From Marinoscillum sp. (lineage in GTDB: Bacteria; Bacteroidota; Bacteroidia; Cytophagales; MED-G16), in the NCBI GenBank assembly GCA_038134805.1, contig JAYPVV010000001.1, forward strand, positions 123,438 through 187,437: a stretch of DNA of 64,000 bases, read 5' to 3'. Positions 39,981 to 49,756 of this stretch are shown in pieces (position 1 is the stretch's first letter; each line of letters starts with the position of its first letter). A program made the translations under genes and the position numbers. A model generated the notes under the pieces. That model saw only the letters and a list, made by a program, of their open reading frames with translations. It searched no databases and had not been told where the DNA came from.

Positions 39981-42522
39981 TTGTTTCCAAAATTAGTGTA
40001 TAATTTCCAGGTGAAATAAATTTATTGTAATGTATATGATAGGGATTTTGATTATTGTTTTTTTCAAGTATTAGGTCCCATCTTAATTGATTGATACCTT
40101 CATCCCCGAATCCATTATAATTCCAAATAATTTCATTTTTATTAGTAACTATCAAAGAATATTCTTTTTGAGAGTTTAAATAAAATGATATAGGTGTTTT
40201 CTCATATGTTGAAAATAATGGTTCCTTGTGAGTATCATTAAAATTTGGAAGAATAAATTTTCCGATAGATAAAAGTCTATCTTCATTTGAATTTGAAAAT
40301 AAATATTGATAGATAGAATTTAAATTAATTTTATATATTCCTCTCCCATGAGTTGAAACAACCATATCTTGAGATAGTTTATCAATTTCAATATCTGACA
40401 CACTTGACATTGGAAAATTTTTTCCTAGTATTTCCCAAGAATTACCTCTATCAGTCGAAATGTAAACTCCTCTATACATTCCAGCATATAAAATATTTTC
40501 ATAATTTATATCTTCAATTATGATGTTTACTGGTTCATTTGGTAAGTTGGATTTAATTTTCTCCCACTTTTCTCCATAATTTTCTGAAACATACATATAA
40601 TTATTTAAATCATCATAATTTATGCCAGTCATACTCATATACACTCTTTCATTTTTAAAGTTCGATGGATAAATATTTCTTATATATCCATCTGCTATGT
40701 TCTTAGAATTTTCTTTCCAAGTAATTCCATCATCTTTAGAGGTCCAAAATAATCCTTTATCACTCCCATAATATAATAAACCTTTGACCAAATTAGATTC
40801 AGCTATAGATCCTGCAGAAAAAGATTTTTTACTAGGATAAGATTTTTTATTAGAAAGGTTATCACTAATTAATTTCCATGTATCACCATTATCAGTAGAT
40901 TTAAAAACATAGTTTCCTGCATGATATAAAGTATTTGAATCATGATTTGATATGAAATATGGAGTTATAAAATTATAATTTAATGTATCATTAATATTTT
41001 TTGGAAGAGAAGGTTTTATAGAAATTGATTTTCCAGTCAACATATTTTTTCTTCTTATGGCACCATTTTGCATACTAAAATAAACTATATTATTATTGTT
41101 AGGATCAACCCTAGTAACACATCCATCACCACCGTCCCAGGCATCAATCCAGAGATATTTCCAAGGATCATTAAATTTATTATTCCATTCTATTGAGGGT
41201 CCTAATACTGTTGAGTTATCTTGAGTTCCACCATAAATAGTGTAAGGATTTTTATTATTTAATTCAATATCATAAAATTCCCCTGTAGGTATATTGTTAT
41301 AATGCATCCATGAATTCCCTTTGTCATAACTCACAAAAAGACCACCATCATTACCCAAAGCAATATGATTTGTGTTTAGAGGGTTTATCCATAATTCACA
41401 ATGATCTAGATGAAGACCCTTTGCTTGACTAGGATTAATTCTTTTAACTTCTCCTTCTAAATTTTTAAAGTTTTTCCCTCCATCATTACTAATTGCAGTT
41501 CTCACACCTAATGCATATATCTCATCATCATTTAATGGACTTACATAAATATCTGCAAAATACCATCCTATTCCAGGAAAAATTAAAAGTTCATTCTCAT
41601 GTGTCCTCTCCCAACTTTCTCCACCATCTAAAGATTTATAAACTTCTGCAGCATAATTTTTTTCTTTAGAAAGATTATCAATAAGGGCATAAACTTTATT
41701 TGGGTTTTGATAAGATACTGCTAATCCAATTCTTCCCATTTTTTCACCGTAAGGCAACCCACTAATCATTTTTTTCCATGTATTACCATTATCATCACTT
41801 CTGTAAATTCCGCTACTTATACCACTGATTCCTGGAAAATTTTCCCACATTGAAGCATAGATTATATTTGGGTTTGATGGTGATATAACAATATCATTTG
41901 AACCTGTTTTATCATTTATAAATAAGACTCTTTTCCATGTTTTTCCTCCATCTAAGGTCCTATAAATTCCTCTATTTGAATTTTTACTCCAGAAGTGTCC
42001 CAATACACTAACATATACAATATCAGGATTATTTGGATGTATTACAATTTCACCAATATGCCATGAGTCACTTAACCCTAAATGCTCCCATGAATCTCCA
42101 CCATCTGAAGATTTATATACACCAGTTCCAGGCATAGTAAAATTTCTTGCTTTCTTTAAGCTTTCACCTGTTCCAACATAAATTATATTTCTGTCTGATG
42201 GGGAGATTGCAAAATCGCCAATACCAATTGAATGAACATCGTTGAAAATAGGCTTCCATGAAATTCCATTGTTTATTGTTTTCCATAAATTTCCCGATCC
42301 AAATGCAACATACATGACACCTGGATTTTTTTCATCAATTTGTACAGCCTCAACTCTTGCAGAATTAATAACTGGCCCTAAGCTAATCCAATCTAAATTG
42401 TATTTTGTTTTATCTTTTAATACTTTGTATTCATTATAAGATTCTATAAGTGGTGAAATTTTCTCTTGTCCATAAGATATTGAAACAACGAATAATAATA
42501 ATGGAAGTAAAGAACGTTTCAT
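39934..42522 (-). CDS. sortilin/VPS10-like BNR (Asp-box) repeat beta-propeller protein, secreted
   Basis: Signal peptide and many SxDxGxTW Asp-boxes (SSDGGDSWE, TLDGGKTWK, SDDNGNTWK, SLDGGESWE, STDNGDTWK, STDRGNSWE). Confidence 0.8.
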   Translation of the reverse strand: MKRSLLPLLLFVVSISYGQEKISPLIESYNEYKVLKDKTKYNLDWISLGPVINSARVEAVQIDEKNPGVMYVAFGSGNLWKTINNGISWKPIFNDVHSIGIGDFAISPSDRNIIYVGTGESLKKARNFTMPGTGVYKSSDGGDSWEHLGLSDSWHIGEIVIHPNNPDIVYVSVLGHFWSKNSNRGIYRTLDGGKTWKRVLFINDKTGSNDIVISPSNPNIIYASMWENFPGISGISSGIYRSDDNGNTWKKMISGLPYGEKMGRIGLAVSYQNPNKVYALIDNLSKEKNYAAEVYKSLDGGESWERTHENELLIFPGIGWYFADIYVSPLNDDEIYALGVRTAISNDGGKNFKNLEGEVKRINPSQAKGLHLDHCELWINPLNTNHIALGNDGGLFVSYDKGNSWMHYNNIPTGEFYDIELNNKNPYTIYGGTQDNSTVLGPSIEWNNKFNDPWKYLWIDAWDGGDGCVTRVDPNNNNIVYFSMQNGAIRRKNMLTGKSISIKPSLPKNINDTLNYNFITPYFISNHDSNTLYHAGNYVFKSTDNGDTWKLISDNLSNKKSYPSKKSFSAGSIAESNLVKGLLYYGSDKGLFWTSKDDGITWKENSKNIADGYIRNIYPSNFKNERVYMSMTGINYDDLNNYMYVSENYGEKWEKIKSNLPNEPVNIIIEDINYENILYAGMYRGVYISTDRGNSWEILGKNFPMSSVSDIEIDKLSQDMVVSTHGRGIYKINLNSIYQYLFSNSNEDRLLSIGKFILPNFNDTHKEPLFSTYEKTPISFYLNSQKEYSLIVTNKNEIIWNYNGFGDEGINQLRWDLILEKNNNQNPYHIHYNKFISPGNYTLILETNDYKSTREIEVFNFQ

Positions 42523-42584
42523 TTGATTAAGATAACAATTTTCAAATAATTTAAACTCATTGTTGATTTTTCAATAACATTTTC

Positions 42585-42592
42585 TAGTTTTG
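42585..42592 (+). promoter_or_regulatory. candidate -7 box (TAGTTTTG) with an upstream TTG, for tRNA-Lys
   Basis: Exact TAnnTTTG, 18 nt upstream of the tRNA 5' end. A TTG at 42563..42565 lies 19 nt upstream of the box. Confidence 0.45.
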
Positions 42593-42610
42593 CGCGTTCC
42601 TTAAAACTAA

Positions 42611-42683
42611 GATTGGCTAGCTCAGTTGGTAGAGCATCTCCCTTTTAAGGAGAGGGTCCTGGGTTCGAGCCCCAGGCCAATCA
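42611..42683 (+). tRNA. tRNA-Lys (anticodon UUU)
   Basis: Hand-folded: acceptor GATTGGC/GCCAATC, D-arm GCTC-AGTTGGTA-GAGC, anticodon stem TCTCC/GGAGA with loop CTTTTAA, T-arm CTGGG-TTCGAGC-CCCAG. Confidence 0.93.
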
Positions 42684-43367
42684 CATATTTTCATTAAGAA
42701 GAATGCTTCCACCTATAATTGCTGCTGTTTCTGTTCTAAGAATCTGAGTTGATAATGAGATTTCTTTATATCCATAATCTCTTATAAGTTTTTTTTCTTG
42801 GTCAGTAAAATCACCTTCTGGTCCAATAAGCATGGTTGCTTTTTTCCTAGATGAATTTACTTTAAATTTTCTTCTTGTATTAATTTCTGCTAAGAGTTTT
42901 GTGTCTGATGAAGTATTTGTTTGAAGAAATATATTTAAAGGAGTTAATTTATTAATTTTTGGTAAAAAAAGTGAGTTACATTGTTTTATAGCTGAGATAC
43001 TTTTTTTGTAAAGTCTTTGAAAGTTTATTTTATTTCTTTCACAATTATTAGAATGAATTAAGCTAATTTCATCAACACCTATTTCAGTAAGCTTTTCAAT
43101 CATCCATTCTAATCTATTCTGACTCTTAATAATAGATACTCCTATGTGATTATAAGAATTTTTTTTTTCTGATCTTACTTTCTCTAATTCAACCAAATCA
43201 CAAGAGTTTTTATTAATATTAGAAAGTGTAGCTTTAAAAAGATTTCCAATTCCATCTGTAAAAAAAATTTTATCTTTTACTTTTTTCCTAAGTACATTAA
43301 CACAATGATTAAATTCTTCCCCCTCTAGTTTTTGACTCTCAGAATCAGATATGTAAAATAATTGCAA
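42681..43367 (-). CDS. rsmE: 16S rRNA (uracil1498-N3)-methyltransferase
   Basis: LIGPEGDFT and LRTETAAI motifs. Its stop codon overlaps the last 3 nt of tRNA-Lys. Confidence 0.85.
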   Translation of the reverse strand: MQLFYISDSESQKLEGEEFNHCVNVLRKKVKDKIFFTDGIGNLFKATLSNINKNSCDLVELEKVRSEKKNSYNHIGVSIIKSQNRLEWMIEKLTEIGVDEISLIHSNNCERNKINFQRLYKKSISAIKQCNSLFLPKINKLTPLNIFLQTNTSSDTKLLAEINTRRKFKVNSSRKKATMLIGPEGDFTDQEKKLIRDYGYKEISLSTQILRTETAAIIGGSILLNENM

Positions 43368-43420
43368 TTTCTCTATATTTAATTAAAATTTAATGTAAAC
43401 CTAATAACTCAAATACAGTG

Positions 43421-46237
43421 ATGAAACTTTTAAATATATTAATTCTCGTTTTAATAACTAATATCTCATTTTCTCAGAAAAAAAAGAAAAATAACACCTA
43501 TCCCAATAGTACTAATTCAATTGAAAGAATAGAAGGATATAAAAATAGGATTTCTCTAATTGAAAACTCTATAATTAAAAATATTCATTTTAGAAATATT
43601 GGCCCAACTGTTATGAGCGGAAGAGTAGTTGATTTTGATGTTAATCCTAAAGATCCTTCTCATTTTTATGTTGCCTATGCCTCTGGTGGTTTATGGGAAA
43701 CAAAAAATCATGGAAACTCCTTTACCTCTTTATTTGATAATCAAATGGTTATGACTATAGGTGATATAAAGGTTGATTGGGAAAATAATATTATATATGT
43801 TGGCACAGGAGAAAATAACTCTAGTAGGTCTTCTTATTCAGGTAATGGAATATATATGTCAAATAATAATGGTAAAACATGGGCAAACCTAGGTTTACAT
43901 GAGTCTCATCATATTGGTAGAATTATCTTGCATCCCTCAAATCCTAATACTATTTGGGTTGCTTCACTTGGTCATCTTTATTCTCCTAGTGAGGAAAGAG
44001 GTATATATAAATCAGTAGATGGAGGACAAACATGGAGTAATAAACTTTATATTAATGAATTTACTGGAGCAATAGATCTTATTATAGATAATTCTAATCC
44101 TGACATTTTATATGCTTCTATGTGGGAAAAGGATAGAAAAGCTTGGAATTTTTCAGGTTCTGGGTTGGGTTCTGGAATTTTCAAATCAGTAGATGGAGGA
44201 GAAACATGGATTGAAGTTTCTGGAGGAGAAAGTGGATTTCCTGACACTGAAGGAACTGGTAGAATAGGTCTTGATATATCGGTTTCTAATCCAAATATAA
44301 TTTATGCAATCTTAGATAACCAGGACAGACTGGAGTCAGACGATAATAAAAATGATTATGAAAATACTTTAAGTAAAGATGAGTTAAGATCAATATCAGT
44401 GTCTGATTTTTTAAATATTTCAAATGTTAAACTTGGAGAGTTTTTAAGGTCAAATAGATTTCCTAGCTCTTATAATTCAGAAGTAATAAAATCAATGGTA
44501 TCAAAAGGAGAAATTGAGCCAATTTCATTAGTTGAATATTTAGAAGATTCTAATTCTCAATTATTTGAAACACCTGTCATTGGCGCTGAGGTTTATAAAT
44601 CTGAAGATTTTGGAACAACATGGAAAAAGGTAAATAAAGATGATTTAAGTTATCTTTTTTATTCCTATGGATATTATTTTGGGGAAATTAGAGTTGACCC
44701 TCAATTTCCTGATAAAGTATATACAATGGGAGTGCCGTTAATCAAATCCAATGATGGAGGAGTATCATGGTCATCAATTGATTTTGAGAATATGCACAGT
44801 GATCATCATGCACTATGGATAAATCCAAGTAAATCTGGACATTTAATAAATGGAAATGATGGTGGTGTTAATATTTCATATGACGATGGTAGTAATTGGA
44901 TGAAACTCAATAGCCCATCTGTTGGACAATTTTATGATATAAATGTTGATATGAAAACTCCATATAATGTCTTTGGTGGATTTCAAGATAATGGAGTTTG
45001 GATGGGGCCTTCCAATTATCAATCAAGTCTAAGATGGCATAGTTCAGGAAGTTATTCCTGGAAATCCATTTATGGTGGAGACGGGATGCAAACAGAAATT
45101 GATTATAGAGATAATGAGATAGTTTATACTGGGTCTCAATTTGGAAGTTATTCAAGATTAAATCTTAAAACAGGAGAGAGAAAGAGAATCACTCCTTCCC
45201 ATAAGCTTGGGGAAAGACCTTACAGATGGAATTGGGAAACTCCTATTTATTTGTCAAGACACAATCAAGATATCCTATATATGGGATCAAATAAGTTTCA
45301 TAGATCTTTAAATAGAGGAGATGATTTTGAAACAATGTCAGAAGATCTTACAAATGGTGGAATTTCTGGTAATGTTAGTTATGGAACTCTTACAACTATT
45401 ATTGAATCTGAAAAAAAAATTGGTTTGATTTATGTAGGTAGTGATGATGGTTTAGTTCATGTCTCAAGAGATGGTGGCTACACATGGAAAAATATATCTA
45501 ATAATTTACCCAAAAATATGTGGGTGAGTAGTATTTTTCCCTCTAAGTTTAGTGAGAGTAGAGTTTACTTATCTCTTAATGGATATAGATGGGATAATTT
45601 TAGTCCTATGATTTATGTTTCAGAGGATTATGGATTAAACTGGAGTAAAATTGGACATGATCTACCTCTAGAGCCAGTAAATGTTATAGTAGAAGATAAT
45701 AAGAATGAGAGTTTAATTTATGTTGGAACTGATCATGGTGTCTATGCTTCACTAAATTTTGGTAACAATTTTCATCCTTTTGTAGATGGATTACCTGGAG
45801 TTCCTGTTCATGATTTAGTAATTCATCCAAGAGAGAATGATCTTATTGTAGGAACTCATGGAAGATCAGTTTATATAGCTAATATTTCTTCTCTACAGAA
45901 TCTTAATGATGAAATTCTCAATAAAAAATTACATCTTTTTGAAATAGAAAGCTTAAGTTATTCTACGAGATGGGGAACTCAAAGCTGGAATGGTAGAGTT
46001 ATTGAACCATCAATTGACTTAGTTCTGTATTCTAAGCTTGATTCTGAAATTAATTTAATATTTAGTAAAGGAGATAATGAATTAATTAAAAAAAGTTTTT
46101 CTATTACTAAGGGATTAAACTTTATAAATAATAATCTTTTTATTGATTCTGAAAACAAATATTTAGATAAAGGTGAGTATAAAGTAAAAATTGCTAACTT
46201 AGACTCAACATCTGAAACCAAATTCATAATTAAATAA
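43421..46237 (+). CDS. sortilin/VPS10-like BNR (Asp-box) repeat protein, secreted (paralog of 39934..42522)
   Basis: Signal peptide ending SFSQ. Asp-boxes SNNNGKTWA, SVDGGQTWS, SVDGGETWI, SEDFGTTWK, SNDGGVSWS, SRDGGYTWK. The track starts at the GTG at 43418; an ATG follows at 43421. Confidence 0.8.
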   Translation: MKLLNILILVLITNISFSQKKKKNNTYPNSTNSIERIEGYKNRISLIENSIIKNIHFRNIGPTVMSGRVVDFDVNPKDPSHFYVAYASGGLWETKNHGNSFTSLFDNQMVMTIGDIKVDWENNIIYVGTGENNSSRSSYSGNGIYMSNNNGKTWANLGLHESHHIGRIILHPSNPNTIWVASLGHLYSPSEERGIYKSVDGGQTWSNKLYINEFTGAIDLIIDNSNPDILYASMWEKDRKAWNFSGSGLGSGIFKSVDGGETWIEVSGGESGFPDTEGTGRIGLDISVSNPNIIYAILDNQDRLESDDNKNDYENTLSKDELRSISVSDFLNISNVKLGEFLRSNRFPSSYNSEVIKSMVSKGEIEPISLVEYLEDSNSQLFETPVIGAEVYKSEDFGTTWKKVNKDDLSYLFYSYGYYFGEIRVDPQFPDKVYTMGVPLIKSNDGGVSWSSIDFENMHSDHHALWINPSKSGHLINGNDGGVNISYDDGSNWMKLNSPSVGQFYDINVDMKTPYNVFGGFQDNGVWMGPSNYQSSLRWHSSGSYSWKSIYGGDGMQTEIDYRDNEIVYTGSQFGSYSRLNLKTGERKRITPSHKLGERPYRWNWETPIYLSRHNQDILYMGSNKFHRSLNRGDDFETMSEDLTNGGISGNVSYGTLTTIIESEKKIGLIYVGSDDGLVHVSRDGGYTWKNISNNLPKNMWVSSIFPSKFSESRVYLSLNGYRWDNFSPMIYVSEDYGLNWSKIGHDLPLEPVNVIVEDNKNESLIYVGTDHGVYASLNFGNNFHPFVDGLPGVPVHDLVIHPRENDLIVGTHGRSVYIANISSLQNLNDEILNKKLHLFEIESLSYSTRWGTQSWNGRVIEPSIDLVLYSKLDSEINLIFSKGDNELIKKSFSITKGLNFINNNLFIDSENKYLDKGEYKVKIANLDSTSETKFIIK

Positions 46238-46244
46238 TATAAGT

Positions 46245-47135
46245 ATGATACTAATTTTACTATCCTTAATTTTAATTAATCCTCAAAACACATTTAAGGG
46301 ATTTACAGAAAAAGAATCTGCTGAGTATTATGCTTCAATTTTAGGATGTGAAGGTTCTTTTTCTAAATTGGAAGATGGATTAACTTATTTTTTTCCTTGT
46401 CAAAATAATTCAGAGTTAGAAAGAGTTTTGCAAGAAAGAGAAATTAGACCTAAAGTAACTGAAATATGGGATCCGGAACCGGAAGTAGTTGTTCCAGGAG
46501 AGAGTTTCAGAGATGCACCTTCAGATGCGATTATTTTATTTGATGGATCTAATTTAGATGAGTGGTTACACAAGAATGGTGAACCAGCAAAGTGGGATAT
46601 AAAAGATGGCTATTTTACCGTTAAGCCTGGAACAGGAGATATTTTAACTAAAAAAAGTTTTGGTTCTTGTCAGTTGCATGTTGAATTTATGTCACCTAAA
46701 ATTATTGATGGTGATGGTCAGGATAGAGGAAATAGTGGTGTATATTTTATGGAAAGCTTGACCTCAGGAGATAATGGATATGAAATTCAAGTCCTTGACT
46801 CTTATAATAACAGAACTTATTCTAATGGCCAGGCAGGTAGTGTTTACAAGCAACATAGTCCTCTTGTTAATGCTTCAAAAAAGCCTGGTGAATGGCAGAC
46901 TTATGATATTATATTTAAAGCTCCTATATTCAATGATAGAGGTGGGTTAGAGTCTCCTGCATATGTTACAGTTTTTCATAATGGTGTATTAATTCAAAAT
47001 AATTCGCAAATTCAAGGTTTTGTTAAATATATTGGATATCCTGAATATAAGGCGCACGCATCTAAGTTGCCAATTAAACTTCAGGATCACAGTAACTTAG
47101 TTAGCTTTAGAAATATTTGGATTAGAAATTTATAA
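46245..47135 (+). CDS. DUF1080 (3-keto-disaccharide hydrolase-like, concanavalin-type) domain protein
   Basis: W..KDGYFTV..GDILTKKSFGSCQLHVEF..GNSGVYF..YEIQVLDSYNN..LQDHSNLVSFRNIWIR pattern. Confidence 0.75.
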   Translation: MILILLSLILINPQNTFKGFTEKESAEYYASILGCEGSFSKLEDGLTYFFPCQNNSELERVLQEREIRPKVTEIWDPEPEVVVPGESFRDAPSDAIILFDGSNLDEWLHKNGEPAKWDIKDGYFTVKPGTGDILTKKSFGSCQLHVEFMSPKIIDGDGQDRGNSGVYFMESLTSGDNGYEIQVLDSYNNRTYSNGQAGSVYKQHSPLVNASKKPGEWQTYDIIFKAPIFNDRGGLESPAYVTVFHNGVLIQNNSQIQGFVKYIGYPEYKAHASKLPIKLQDHSNLVSFRNIWIRNL

Positions 47136-47139
47136 ATTA

Positions 47140-47679
47140 TTAATCTATTTTTTCAAGAACAATATTATGGTTTGTATATATACAAATATCTGCAGCAATT
47201 TTTAAACTTTTTCTAACAATATCTTCAGCTGATAACTTATTATTATTTTCTTTTAGCGCAATAGCGGCTGCCTGAGCGTACATACTTCCTGATCCAATTG
47301 TAGCAATATTATTGTCTGGTTCAAGAACATCTCCTGTGCCAGAAACAATAAGAATTTGTTTTTTATCAGCAACAATCATCATTGCTTCAAGTCTCCTTAA
47401 GTATCTATCCATTCTCCAGTCTTTAGCAAGCTCAATTGCAGATCTTTTCATATTTCCTCCATATTTACTTAATTTCTCCTCAAATCTTTCTATCAATGTA
47501 AATGCATCGGCAGTTGATCCAGCAAAGCCCGCTAAAATTTTTCCTTCATGTAGAACTCTTATTTTATTAACATTACTTTTTGCAATAGTATTACCCATTG
47601 TTGCCTGACCGTCTGCTCCAATTGCAACCTTATTGTCTTTTAAAACTGCGCAAACTGTAGTTGATTTTATTTTAATCAT
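47140..47679 (-). CDS. hslV: ATP-dependent protease subunit HslV
   Basis: N-terminal [21 protein letters not shown] (Thr nucleophile region) and [11 protein letters not shown]. Confidence 0.9.
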   Translation of the reverse strand: MIKIKSTTVCAVLKDNKVAIGADGQATMGNTIAKSNVNKIRVLHEGKILAGFAGSTADAFTLIERFEEKLSKYGGNMKRSAIELAKDWRMDRYLRRLEAMMIVADKKQILIVSGTGDVLEPDNNIATIGSGSMYAQAAAIALKENNNKLSAEDIVRKSLKIAADICIYTNHNIVLEKID

Positions 47680-48959
47680 ACTAGTATTTTAATAGGATCC
47701 TCAATTAATTCTTTCAATGTTTTAAGGAATGAAGCTCCTTGAGCACCATCAACAATTCTATGGTCACATGATAGAGTGACTTTCATTATATTTCCTTTAA
47801 CAATTTCTCCGTTTTTTATAACGGGCACATGATTGATTCCACCTACTGCTAAAATACATGAATCATTTGGATTAATTATGGCAGTGAATTCGCTAATTCC
47901 AAACATTCCAAGATTTGAAATAGTAAATGTGTTTCCTTCCCAATCAGATGGTTGAAGTTTTTTATTTTTAGCTTTATTAGCAAGCATCTTTACTTCAGAA
48001 GAAATATGAGATAAAGATTTATTATCAGCAAAACGAATAACTGGGACAAGTAATCCATCTTCTACAGCGACAGCAACTCCTATATGAATATGATGATTAA
48101 TTCTTATTTTATCAGTTAAGTAACTAGCATTTACCATTGGGTGTTTTCTTAAAGCTACAGCACACGCTTTTAGAATTATATCATTAAAAGAAATTTTAAT
48201 TTCTGATGATTCATTAATTTTATTTCTTCCATCTATACAATTGTCCATATCTATTTCCATAGTTAGGTAAAAGTGTGGAGCAGAAAACTTGCTTTCAGCA
48301 AGTCTTTTAGAAATAGTTTTCCTCATTTGAGTCACAGGAATTTCCTCAAATGATTCACTGGAATGAATAGTAGGAAGAGTTATATTAACTTCTTTTTTAT
48401 CATTTGAGTTTATTTTTTCAGAGTTGAAATTTTCTATATCTCGTTTAATAATTCTACCACCATCACCAGATCCAGAGATATTAGAAAGAATTATGCCTTT
48501 TTCTTCAGCTATTTTTTTTGCAAGAGGAGATGCTAATATTCTACTATCATTCCCATTTTCTAAATTTTCCTTACTATTGATATTATTTTCAATTTCATCT
48601 GACTTTTCATTAATTTCATCTTTTATTGAAGTAGTCAAATTATTACTTTCTGAAACGGAATTAGTATTATTAGAAGTTTGTGTACCATTAATGTTATTTA
48701 AAATATCATCAATATTTTCATCTTTATCTCCAATAATTGCAATAACACCATCGACTGGAACAGATTCACCATCTTTAACCCCTATATGAAGTAGTACTCC
48801 GTCATCATAAGATTCAAGTTCCATTGTTGCTTTATCAGTTTCAACTTCAGCTAGTATATCTCCAGAACTAATATTATCTCCGACTTTTTTTAACCAGCCT
48901 GCAATAACACCCTCTTCCATGGTGTCACTCATTTTAGGCATTCTTATGATTTCAGCCAT
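47676..48959 (-). CDS. 2-oxoacid dehydrogenase E2 (dihydrolipoyl acyltransferase), single lipoyl domain
   Basis: Lipoyl [12 protein letters not shown]3-binding [14 protein letters not shown], catalytic [13 protein letters not shown]. The start is set at [17 protein letters not shown]; the track starts 18 nt upstream. Confidence 0.9.
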   Translation of the reverse strand: MAEIIRMPKMSDTMEEGVIAGWLKKVGDNISSGDILAEVETDKATMELESYDDGVLLHIGVKDGESVPVDGVIAIIGDKDENIDDILNNINGTQTSNNTNSVSESNNLTTSIKDEINEKSDEIENNINSKENLENGNDSRILASPLAKKIAEEKGIILSNISGSGDGGRIIKRDIENFNSEKINSNDKKEVNITLPTIHSSESFEEIPVTQMRKTISKRLAESKFSAPHFYLTMEIDMDNCIDGRNKINESSEIKISFNDIILKACAVALRKHPMVNASYLTDKIRINHHIHIGVAVAVEDGLLVPVIRFADNKSLSHISSEVKMLANKAKNKKLQPSDWEGNTFTISNLGMFGISEFTAIINPNDSCILAVGGINHVPVIKNGEIVKGNIMKVTLSCDHRIVDGAQGASFLKTLKELIEDPIKILV

Positions 48960-49034
48960 TTTTAATTTTTTGCTCAAATTTAAACCAAAATTTTTTTAAT
49001 GGTTTTAACTTCATGAAATAATTAAATTTAATGA

Positions 49035-49727
49035 ATGATTAAAAGATATACGCTTATCAACATCTCATCTATATCTAAAACATTTAAATTCTCACTTGAG
49101 AATTTGAATTCTATTTATAATGCTTACCCCACAAAAAAAATGCCTATTGTAACTTTAGAAAATAATGGAGAAATTAAATTTGAATTTTGGGGTACTTCAA
49201 ATTGGCTATCTAATAATAATGATATTTCAGAAAGGTTAGTTAGTGTTGATTTATCTAAAGTTAGAAATAGCAATATATACTTTAGTCAATTTAAATTAAA
49301 TAGATGTTTAATACCATGTGATGGATTTTTCTTATGGAAAAATTTAGGAAGTAAAGATAAAGCCCCTTATTACTTTAAGTACGTTAAAGATAAATTAATA
49401 TATTGTTTAGGAATTAAAGAGGTGTATGAAGATTTATCAGGAAATACTTTTTCATTCTTTTATTTTATTTCTAGTCAATCAGATAAAAGTTGGGCAAGCT
49501 ACACCAAAAGGATTCCACTTTTTTTTGATATTAAATATTTAGATTTATGGTTTTCTAGGGTATCTACAATAGATAGTTTATATCCTTTTATAAATACAAT
49601 TCGCTTTGATGACTTTTCAAATTATATAGTTTCACCTTACTTTGAAAATAACAATATTGATAACTCTTCTTTAATTGATATGAAAAAAAATATGAATCAG
49701 AATGCTAATTACTCACTTTTTGATTAA
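49035..49727 (+). CDS. SRAP (SOS response-associated peptidase / YedK-HMCES)-like protein lacking the catalytic residues
   Basis: By-eye alignment to E. coli YedK along the full length: YNAYPTKK, FEFWG, NRCLIPCDGFFLWK, KRIPLFF, VSPYFENN. The N-terminus is MIKR, not MCGR, and an in-frame TGA lies directly upstream. Confidence 0.6.
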   Translation: MIKRYTLINISSISKTFKFSLENLNSIYNAYPTKKMPIVTLENNGEIKFEFWGTSNWLSNNNDISERLVSVDLSKVRNSNIYFSQFKLNRCLIPCDGFFLWKNLGSKDKAPYYFKYVKDKLIYCLGIKEVYEDLSGNTFSFFYFISSQSDKSWASYTKRIPLFFDIKYLDLWFSRVSTIDSLYPFINTIRFDDFSNYIVSPYFENNNIDNSSLIDMKKNMNQNANYSLFD

Positions 49728-49739
49728 TTAATAATATAA

Positions 49740-49747
49740 TAATTTTG
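49740..49747 (+). promoter_or_regulatory. candidate -7 box (TAATTTTG) upstream of the second fabH
   Basis: Exact TAnnTTTG. It overlaps the TTG start used by the ORF track, which argues for a downstream ATG (49751 or 49757). Confidence 0.35.
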
Positions 49748-49756
49748 AATATGTTA

